This document shows, piece after piece, positions 1 to 10,103 of a stretch of DNA of 64,000 bases; position 1 is the stretch's first letter, and every line of letters starts with the position of its first letter. The notes below the pieces were generated by a model. It saw only the letters and a list, made by a program, of their open reading frames with translations. It was not told the DNA's origin and did not search any database. The DNA comes from Haliotis rufescens. Lineage: Eukaryota. The DNA is taken from positions 7,874,001-7,938,000 of the forward strand of contig NW_025963780.1 in the NCBI RefSeq assembly GCF_023055435.1. The letters run 5' to 3'. The position numbers and the translations under genes were made by a program.

Positions 1-3000
1 ATGAATATCAAAAATAATAAGCAAGTCGATGGTCATAATTCCCTCTGTTTGTCCCACGTGAAATGTTCTTCATGAATACTGTAAATCATGAAATTAACGC
101 AATAATATGCGAGTATAGAACCCTGGCCTAATATGCGTCATGACATTTATGAGAGTAGCCTGATAGACGTTCGACTGTTCATCTAATTTCCATTAATGTA
201 TGTTACATAGTTAATAGGTTCATGGGCTTCTTCACTTAATGTATAGTGTGGAGGACTACTTCACTTGAGGATAAGTAACATAAATACTGATGATATTATT
301 ATGATAGTATTGCCATTATTATTCCTTCAGATTATTAAAAAAGGTACTATGTTTTCATACACTCTCTCAAAAAAGAAACGCAACCCCTATATTTTCAAGA
401 TGTTTATCTCAATATTCAAGTTATTATAACACATTTATTATTGAAGACAACAATATGAAATTTGGCATGGTGGCAGTACAGTTATGCAAGTTTAAGTCCA
501 GACTTCGACAGTTCTCTCACTAAGATTGACTTGACGCAAGGGGGCGTCTTCCTCAGTACCTCGTATGAGCGCCACGAGCTGCGATCACAGCATTACACCT
601 CCTAGGAACAGAACGGATTAGACGCCGGATTCTTTCCTGAAGGATTGCTCTCCACTCCTCCTGCAGTGCAACGGCTAGTGCATCCAACGTCTGCGGTGTA
701 CGTGCACGTACTCGTCGGTCCAGATAAACCCAAAGATGTTCGTTGGGTTGATGTCTGGTGATCGGGAGGGCCATGGTAACACGTTGACGTTAGAATTCTG
801 GAGAAAAATCACTGTTGCATGAGCAGTGTGCGGCCGGGCGTTGTCGTGTTGATAGAGCTCCCTCTGATCTTTGGTTGTAAGACATGGCTCCCCACACCAT
901 GACGCTCCCTTCTCCAATTCTGTCGACCTGCTGAACACAGTTCGGAGCAAAACGTTCGTTTCCACTTCTATAGACACGCTGTTTTCCGTCACGGCGTTGT
1001 AAGAGAAAACGTGAATCGTCACTAAGCCAGACGCGCCTCCAGTTTCTGAGGGTCCATATGCAAACGTTGGTGCACCGACTGAGTTGTTGGCGTCAATGTT
1101 CGTGGCGTTAAACAGGTCCAATAAGTGGTCTTCTTTCACGTAGACCGGCCTCTCCTAGACAGTTCCTAATTGTTTGTGCGGACACTCTTCTCAAACCTGG
1201 CACCTGTGTTGCAGTGACGGTAAGTGTGGCTAGCCGATTACGTAGGTTACTCTTGGCCTACCACTTCTGGGGCATGAAACTGGGTGTATCGGCTCCAAAG
1301 TGGGGAAGTCGATGTTTTATGAACATTGAGGTGCCGGGCAACGTTTCCAACACAGCAAAAAAAGTGTAGGTTTCCGTCTTCCGGAAACCTTCCGGATACC
1401 TACCCATTTTGGATCCGGCCCGGATACCTTCCGGAAACCTTCCGGAAACCGTCCAAAAAAAATGTCAAAATTTGGGGGGTGCATTTTGTTCACTTAAGTG
1501 TGAAACACATAAAAAAATTAACTTGAAAATACCAAGCAATTTGAAGGTTGTTGAAGGCATCTGGAAGGTTTCCGGAAGGTTTCCGGAAGGTATCCGGATG
1601 CAAATTTTCTTCATGACTTGCTTCTGGTAAAAAATGTTAGCCTGTGCATTACAGGTAGCTGTTGTAATATTCTGGGTTACTTTAATGGTAAATATCCTCC
1701 TAAAACATTTTTGGAGAAGACAATTGTTCAATTTCATATATTGTCCTTTTCAGATGTTAATGGTATTTAATGAACAAACATCAGTTCTCGTTTAATGATA
1801 TCCTTAAATTTCATGTCCAGACTTCCAGTTTGTACTGAGAAAAAGAAAAAGTCATTGACAATGTGCTCACATGGGCCTTTGGTTCTAGTGAGATGATAAT
1901 AAGACTATTTGTAACGGCACATGTACTTGTTATATCCAAAATACTAACTTCATTGAAATTTGCCTCACCCTAGTTTTATGGTACTACAGTAAGCTCCTCC
2001 TCAGTTACTGTGAATTCTTTTATTAAAAGGGATTAAGAGTTAATTTGACACTGGAGTTGTAACCACTGCACATATATGTGTATTCAAATAATATAACAAC
2101 TATGTGCTTAATACTTCACAAATATCTCCAGAAATAGGCATTTTAGTTATAATTGCAGAAATACTTAATGAATGACCCCTTCACTATTGCCTTGATCTTA
2201 CACTTCAACCCTTCAAGAGTTATCACTTTTGAGTGTGAATTTGACCTTCAATATCAGTGATAAATATTTCAAAAACATTTCAAAGAGCTATCCAGCACAT
2301 AAACCAAATATGCAGTCCTTTGGTAGAATTCAACATATCATTGACCAAAATATGGAAGTAATGTAACCAGAATATGTATAAGAGTTACTAAGACTTCTGC
2401 AGAAAAGGCAATTTAGGGGAAAATGTAGTATATATAGATCACACACGACCTTTTTCCAACTTCGACCCCTGTCCAAAGGAAGAGTTAGACCACAAACAAA
2501 CTTTTTGTCTGGTTGTGACTTTGACCTTTGACATAACAGATCAATGTGTCATCAGACGTTTTCAGAGCAAAGGAAACGTGTTATTTATCTTGAGATGCCC
2601 AAGCAATGCATGGTTTCATAAGATAAGTGTGGCTATTAAACTGAGGCAAAATCATGAAACATCCCCATTTACACAGCTGGCAAATGAAACATAAGCAACA
2701 ATCAAATTATCAATTTCTTTTATTCATATGCCTATAGTATATCGCACATTGAATAGTGTTCACATGATGGTTCCTGATGCAGTATGCAATTTCATCCTAT
2801 TCTTCAATACTCATAACAGAGTGTGATAACTGTTCACTTGACAGTACCTACGGATTATGTTCACCAGTTCAGAGAACTTACTTTCCCTCAATCCTCCTTT
2901 TCTTTCTATATTGCCATGGATGAACAGGAACCAGGATGAGGGGATACCAGTTAGACTCTATCTCTGCTGCATTGTGTTAGTAGAATTGTGAACTTTCCAT

Positions 3001-3769
3001 TTGGTGTTTGGGTCCACATTTAAAGACAATAAGTCCCATTTATCATTCCTTTCAAGTGTTTACCATATGGCTCAAGACAAGAATTTCCTGAAAGTCCTGG
3101 AAGAATTCCACTCCAGCTTGGCATTGGTTGGTCTTGTCACATTAGCCAGACCAGCCTTTGTGTGTCCCTGTACCATTTGGCATACAACTTCTCGGTCGGC
3201 CTCCATTGAAATAACAGGACCCTCGTCATCGCTGTCTGCAAATCACCTCTGATATCTGAAGGGGTGCAGTCTCTGTTTAGGACTCCCTTGTCTGGTCTTC
3301 CAGACTGTCAACCTGGAGTACTCATCCAGGGATCTCAAGCAGGACTTCAGTTTCTGCAGCATTATGTAAAAAGATTTTAGCAATCAAAAAGAATTGTTGC
3401 CACATGTACTTACAGATAGAAGGCAGCAAAATCACTTAAGTTGTCATATGTGAGTCTTGTTATATGCGTAACATTTAAGATAATCACATCTCAAATCTCA
3501 ACCAGACAAACTAGTGACTAATGTTATGAACTCGGTCCAGACAAACTGATGATAACTATTATGGACAATATCCCACATCACTGTGGTATGATTACATGCG
3601 ATCAATGAGCCCACTCAATCACTACCTTATCTATTAATTAGGCTTGGAATGCTGGGAATCTTTTTAAGAGATGTCATTTAGTGATTGTTTCAACTCATCA
3701 ACATGGAAAAATATATATATACAATCCTTGTCATATAGCCAAACTATTGCTGGATGCAGTGTTAAATAA

Positions 3770-4030
3770 ATGAGTTGGCTTTAACACTGCTTTGAACAGT
3801 ATTCCAGATATATCAGCTCATGTTAGCTTGATGTGGGAAGAAAGCCCTAAGTGATGCAGGTCTTTGATGAATCCCACGAGCATGTGTATAATGCTGACAA
3901 ACCTAGCAACATAATCGGGGAGAACCAGGATTTGAACCCATGACTATAGGCTTCTGCTAAGCCCAAGAGATGCAACTCTGCACAGAAAATTGTAGTGCCT
4001 TAGATAATAGGACATCTGTGCCCACAGCGA
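3770..4030 (-). mobile_element. tRNA-derived SINE, degraded (same family as 24218-24503)
   Basis: Clear similarity to the reverse complement of 24218-24503, e.g. GTGATGCAGGTC, TGCTGACAAACCTAG, GCAACTCTGCACAG. Confidence 0.75.
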
Positions 4031-4710
4031 TAATGAACAAACTGAAGACATATTTGCAAAATAACCATATGAACATGTGAACCAAACAGAATAATTTCAA
4101 AATATTTACCACTCACTGTTGCTCTTCTATTGTCTTTCTTTGCATTGATGCTGCACAGATGACTGTCTCTTTTATTCATCCGGACATTCTACAAACATAA
4201 GTAGCATTCACATCACAGAAAAATTTCCAAACTGTACATGTTGTACATTTGATTCAAATGAAAAGACCCCGGTTGTGATTCCGACTTAGAACTACCCCAA
4301 TCATATTAATTCATGTCAAACATTCAGAGATGACATTTATCCCCATATTTAACAAATGTCAAAACAATATTTTGACAACAAAGTCAGGGTCATTCAACAC
4401 ATACATTGCATAGGAAATAACTTGTTCGACAATGCAGAGAGATCCTCACCGAGGTGAATATCATTCCATGAATTATTGCCAAATTTTCTTGAAATGCAGA
4501 TTAATGCAATGCAGTATTTACTTTTATTTCTAGGCTATTTGTTTGGCTTTTCCATGGCACTGTTTTGACAGAGATCTAACCTTGATATGACACTTTGTTC
4601 AGAAATGATATAAATAAGAGTATACTTTATTATTCCCGAGAAAATTTGGGTTACATTGTAAAAGCACAGAGAAACAAGTATAAGATTCATGATTTAAGTT
4701 AAATACACTC

Positions 4711-4973
4711 GACCCATGAAGATTCCGGGGTAGAATAGGTCTTCAGCAACCCATGCTTGCCGTAATAGGCCATTATGCTTGTCGTAAATGGCAACTAACG
4801 GGATCGGGTGGTCAGGCTCGCTGACTTGGTTGATGCATGCCATTGATCCCAATTGCGTGGCTCGATGCTCGTGATATCAATCACTGGGTTGTCTGGTCCA
4901 GACTCGATTATTTACAGACCGCCGTCATATAGCTGGAATATTGCTGAGTGCGGCGTTAAACAACAAACCAACC
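4711..4973 (+). mobile_element. Non-tRNA bipartite SINE (LINE-like 5' head plus LINE 3' tail)
   Basis: Begins GACCCATGAAGATTCCGGGGTAGAATAGG and ends GGAATATTGCTGAGTGCGGCGTTAAAC plus an AAC/AACC tail. 11-bp TSD TAAATACACTC at 4700-4710 and 4974-4984. Confidence 0.88.
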
Positions 4974-5869
4974 TAAATACACTCATACATACACACAGAA
5001 ACACAACATCCAAACAACAGGGTTAGAAATTGGCACTAGTCATTTTGACATTTTAAAGGTTTTGCTATATGCTATCATTTTAGGACTAGTGGACTGAAAG
5101 TGTTAGTTCCTACCGCTGCAAACACTAATCAACTAATGAATTGGGTGGTCAGACTAGGTCGTCATCATACTCTGGGGGCATGGAACTTTGCTGATAATAA
5201 CAATCACTAGATTGCCTGGTCCATGTTCAATTATTTACAGGCTGCCATCACAGAGCTGGACTATTGTGAGTGTGATGTTTCACATTGCATTGAAATATAC
5301 CATGATGAATACATGTAGTTTGTATTTATCACAAACAAAAATACTCACTCAATACTTGGTATCCTCCCTGAGGATGTCTGTGAACCTCCCCACAAACCCT
5401 GAACATGCTGAAACAGAAAACAACTAACTTGTCTTTATCCTTTCAATGTTTCAGTGTGAATTTGTTAAAGATTGATAAGCTGTCATTATTCATTGTGATC
5501 CATATCTCACTTTCAGGCGGTTCAGGTGGCAACACATGATTGGAATTGAATGCCACATTTTGTTTGACATGCACTTTGCCAGATTTATACCCTTGGTAAC
5601 TAACCCTCATCATCAAATCCCAGCGTTATGAGAATAAGGACACGACCCTTAAAAGTCCTGCACCTGTAGCTCTTATGCAAGCCCAAATAGAAATACCATG
5701 TCACAACAAACACTTGATCATAATAATAACAAAGGGTTTCCGAAAACAACAAAACTAAAAGGCCCTAGTCGTTTACAGTAGTAACATGGAGATCAGGAAA
5801 ATATCTAAATCAATCCATTCCATAAGATCTCTGTATAAAAATCATGGAACATTATGTCTCGAAGCCCTG

Positions 5870-6420
5870 CTACGTACCTGGCATCTGCAAGCTGCTCTTC
5901 CTTCCTTCGGCTGCCAATCGAGTTTTCGAAATACTTGACGTCCTCGTTGTGGATGGCTCAGGTGGATTTCGACCGGGATTTCCGTGTTAGAGGTGATTGA
6001 GAACAATGTTTCGATACACGAGGTAAGCATATCGCAATCAAGCATCACGGTGTGCATCGATTACACGAGGTTTAAGTGTTTGTTTACATTTGTGTTCCAA
6101 AATGGCGCCCTCGGTCATACAGGGAAAATTATGGGTAGACTTGCTTGTCCCGGAATAACACGAGTTGGTCACGAATGACGAGCGGTCATTTCTGCAGCAG
6201 TTACGGAAAGAGACGAGGTTGGCCGATTACAGTTCATACAGGCCATATTGGGAGCCGCGGGGATTTCGACAGTGTGTATTAGGAAGTATATCTATGTGGT
6301 GTATGGAATATGCGTTTGCCTACCATGCCAGGCAGTGTGACGGGATATCCCAGCGGATGTAATATTCCTACAGCAGAAATGTTTCACAACCTCGATTGCA
6401 GGGAGCTGAAGACGTGACAT
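5870..6420. promoter_or_regulatory. CpG-rich putative bidirectional promoter/first-exon region with a YY1-type CAAAATGGCG motif
   Basis: Locally CpG-rich in a CpG-poor context. CAAAATGGCG at 6098-6107. Divergent exon chains start here. Confidence 0.4.
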
Positions 6421-6874
6421 ATTCAGACAGAGACCATAATACATAGACTGTTATATGGTCTCTGATTCAGGTAAGGAATATGTTAATAATATTGATCACG
6501 TATTAAAGTTATTTATCTTCTGTAAGCCACTTATTCAGTTTTATATATGTTAGTAAATGTGTGATTTAATTTTTGTAGGATAAGCAATCTACCTAACTTA
6601 TGTTAATCCTTGCTAATGTATATGATGTAGAAATATGTTTGCTTACTTATATTTCTTTATCTAGATACTCTAAAGTGACTCATTTTTTTAGTTCATACTG
6701 TACCGACTAAACTTACTTTTGCAGGTGTGAAGAATCAAGAACAAATTAAATGACAGGAGTTTTGCAACAGTGAACCTTGTGAAGTGGAAGATAAGACATT
6801 TGAAAGGTATGGATATTTTCACTTGAACTTGTTGAAGAATACCGTGATGACAACTTTATCATGTTGGGAATTTT

Positions 6875-6999
6875 GGCGGTGGGGTAGCCTAGTGGTTGAA
6901 GTGCTGAAGACCAAGGTTCGATTCTTGTCATGGGTACAATGTGTGAAGTCTATGTCAGGTGTCCCTTGCTGTGGTATTGCTAAAAACAGCGTAAAACCC
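6875..6999 (+). mobile_element. Short tRNA-derived SINE (further copies ~11557-11680 + and ~12935-13027 -)
   Basis: A box TAGCCTAGTGG, B box GGTTCGATTC, shared body CATGGGTACAATGTGTGAAG and a LINE-type tail. Confidence 0.7.
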
Positions 7000-7064
7000 T
7001 CCCCATTCATGTGGGGATTCCGGGTTGGAATTGGTCCCCATCAACCTATGCTAGTTGTAAGAGA

Positions 7065-7763
7065 GGGTTATACTATAAAGGGAAATAGCACCTCGCCTAC
7101 TATTGCCTGGTGAAAACAGCACCTTGTTATTTTTTTTACCTCGGGTCTGAATATGCCCGAATACATGAAATTAAACTTGCATGGTCACTTGTAAACACAA
7201 ATAACTGAGAAATGTTCAAAAAGGTTTTTCATTAAAAACTAGCATCTACTCGCCGACTCTGATTTGGAGATGCAACTAAACTTATTGTGAAAATATAATA
7301 TGCTTTGATTTCTTTGAAGTAAAATAAATGCAATTAAACTTGCAAACACAAATAATTGTTAGATGTTAATCACCTAAAAATAGTTTACATTAGAAATTAG
7401 CCTCTGCTCAAATTTACTCATGATTCTGATTGGGAGGTGCAACTAAACTTATCATTGAAAGATCACATGCTTTGAAGTCTTAAGTAGCTTTACTCAGATT
7501 AGCTCAATGTCAAGCTGAAACTGAGTCTGGCGAAAATTACAAGAAACTGGACAACAGGTATACTATATATGTCATATTTATTTTAGTAAGTAGGAAATAA
7601 ATAGTAATTTTATAGAAATTTCATTGATATATCTTTCGGCCAGGAATCAACATGTCTCTCCAGATAACAGACAACAATTAGTAGCCCATTTTGCCAAAAC
7701 AAGGTGCTGTTTTCGTCCGAGAAATCAGTGACATTTTGCTGAGGTGCTGTTTTAGCCTCACCC
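7065..7763. mobile_element. MITE with GGG...CCC ends inserted into a bipartite SINE
   Basis: Imperfect TIRs (GGG...AAA(T/C)AGCACCTC) and an imperfect 8-bp TSD GTAAGAGA/ATAAGAGA. The SINE head (~7005-7064) resumes at 7764-7880. Internal repeats recur at ~8690-9110. Confidence 0.55.
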
Positions 7764-9654
7764 ATAAGAGATAACCTAATAGATCAGGTGATCAGGCTCG
7801 GTGACCTGGTTCATGGCATCTTACAGTGACCATCTAACAGTGTGGATTGATGTTCACAATATCAATCACTGGATTGTCTAGAATTTTGGGCCTACCTTTA
7901 GAATACAGTACCTAACTTTTCAAACAGGTCACAGTACCCTGTGGTGTAATTCGTAGTATTCTGTTGCCTGACACACTGGCAAAACAATGCCTTGTGATGT
8001 CAGGGGTCATTGGATGTGCATATATATGCTCTTTTCAGTGGTCTATCGTCTCCACACGCTATGTTGTTGCATAAGTTTTAATTATTTGGTTACTAAATAT
8101 TGTTTTAAACATTTTTATTTCACAACTTGTGAACTGGATGGGTAAACAAGCAAAAACTTATTTGAATACCGCTCCAGAATTAGAATACAATATATGACAA
8201 AAGTACAGTCAATGAATACAATTATATACATGTTCTTATTATAGAAACTACGTTGTCGGCGCTGTCAGGTCGCATTTTTAGTAGTAATAGTGTACTGCAA
8301 TATACGGCAAGGAATAGTATTATAAATTTAAGATGCTATGTAAAATCACAATACCTATTGGATAGCTGAATGTAGTCTTGTACTGATTTAAGAATTTCTA
8401 AGTTTATTTTTGACGTCCTTTCAGGATTACCTAATAGAATTGAATTTAGATCATATCCCTTAACATAATAGTACATATTCTGTCTTAAATCATTGTAATT
8501 TGGGCATATGAGAAAGAAGTGAAGTGCATCTTCAGTGTGATGGCCACAGCTACATGCAGGATTATGTTATAAATATTTTATAACAAGTGCTTGTTTATTT
8601 TCTATATGCTTTTATTTCATTTTTTACTTATTACAGTGGTTAAAATGATTATAAATATAAATTGAAACTTATAATGTGCAATAAGCGGGTTATAGCTGAA
8701 ACGACACCTTAGCAAAACGGCACTGACTGGCGAAATATTATTACTTGACGAAAATGATACCTTATTTTTTTTTTACCTTGGTAAAATAAATGAAATTAAA
8801 CTTGGATTGATAAATTGCAAAGACCAATAATTGTGAAATGTTAAAACAAGTTTACATTAGAAATTAGCCTCTACTCCAACTTATCCTATACCCGACTCAA
8901 TTTATTGTGATAACATGCTTTGAAGTAAAATATATGGAATTAAACAAACACAAATACATGTAGTTGTTAAACGTTGAAACAAGTTTACCTTCGAAATTAG
9001 TCCCCTACTCCAATTTACTCACCGACTCTGATTGGCAGACACAGCTCACTTGTTGTGAATGTATTTTTCACTTTAAAGTTTAAAGTACTTAATGTCAAGC
9101 TGAAACTGTATTTAAGAATCCTAACATGGTGCTGTCAGATTACAATTTTTCACAATGGCCTTTCGATGTGTCATTTGAACATGTTGAAAGGTTTTACAAG
9201 GGATATTTGTCAGTAATAACTGATGCTATTTCTGCCCTTACATTACAACAAATAAATCAGCCAATATGGAACTATTTTATTGATATGTGGCAACAAACAT
9301 ACTTCAGGCTGTACAGTTTACAAATTGTTTAATATCTATGTCATCTTGTTCCTCCTTATGTCTGGGCAGTTGCTCGCTACAATTTCGGAACTTCTTTACA
9401 GTTACAGACAGAAAATACCAGAACCGTTAACTACTACAAATCAAATACTGTATGGGTTTCATTGAAAGTGTCGCCACAACTGAAAATCTTCAAATACCTG
9501 TATTTGGCTATAACTTTGACTATTTTTTTTCTGTTCCTGCCTATTATCTATTCCTGCCTCAGGTAAGGATGCAGTGACTTATTTAAGTGCACACATATAT
9601 CACAGATAAACTCCTGAAGTCTATGAAAGTTATTTACAAGTTATACACATAAGG

Positions 9655-9745
9655 ACTTAAAGGTGGAGAATGTATTGATGTCAACTTCTTTATTATGATG
9701 ATCACAACATTTCGGAGTATGTACTTACTCCTTCATTAGGTGAAT
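9655..9745 (-). mobile_element. Penelope-like pseudo-LTR fragment with a degenerate minimal hammerhead
   Basis: The minus strand reads CCTAATGAAGGAGTAAGTACATACTCCGAAATGTTG...AATAAAG. This is a CUGANGA-like box (mutated to CUAAUGA), stem II GGAGTA/TACTCC, GAAA, (C>T)GTTG, then a polyA signal. Confidence 0.6.
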
Positions 9746-9889
9746 ATTCACAATTCTGCTCCAAATGCTTAGATCAATGCTCATATTGTCAACCATATTT
9801 GCCATTTTTATATCATATTCATGTGTATAATACATTTTATTTCTAATAATGGCGTAATTGAGACACACAAATATAAAGTAACCCAATAC

Positions 9890-10103
9890 TTTCCGTAACG
9901 GGCGACAATGCTTGTCTAAAGAGTTGACTTACACCATCAGGTGGCGATCAGGCTCGGTGACTTGGTTGATGCATGTCATTGATCCCAATTGTGTCGGTCG
10001 ATGCTCATGATGTCAATCACTGACTGTCTGGTCCAGACTCGATTATTTACATATTATGATATAGCCGGAATATTGCTTGAGTGCGGCATAAAACAACAAA
10101 CCA
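9890..10103 (+). mobile_element. Bipartite SINE, 5'-truncated/diverged
   Basis: Similar to 4770-4973. Confidence 0.8.

Larger units (their letters stand above)
2882..6057 (-). pseudogene. Spliced cargo pseudogene/ncRNA inside the CACTA-like element (minus strand)
   Basis: Consensus splice sites define exons ~6057-5878 (GTACGT), 5407-5349 (TTTCAG/GTGAGT), 4188-4117 (TTGTAG/GTGAGT) and 3353-2882 (TGCAG/GTAAGT), with a further acceptor at 1835-1837. The exons are phase-compatible but contain in-frame stops. Confidence 0.5.

Noticed and set aside
1326-1737. ORFs in the TIRs (also 12983-13530)
   Set aside because: They are translations of the repeated TIR sequence on both strands, not genes.
3230-5360. 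Selenocysteine recoding of in-frame TGA codons in the cargo gene
   Set aside because: TAA and TAG stops occur in the same frames and no SECIS was recognised, so decay is the simpler explanation.
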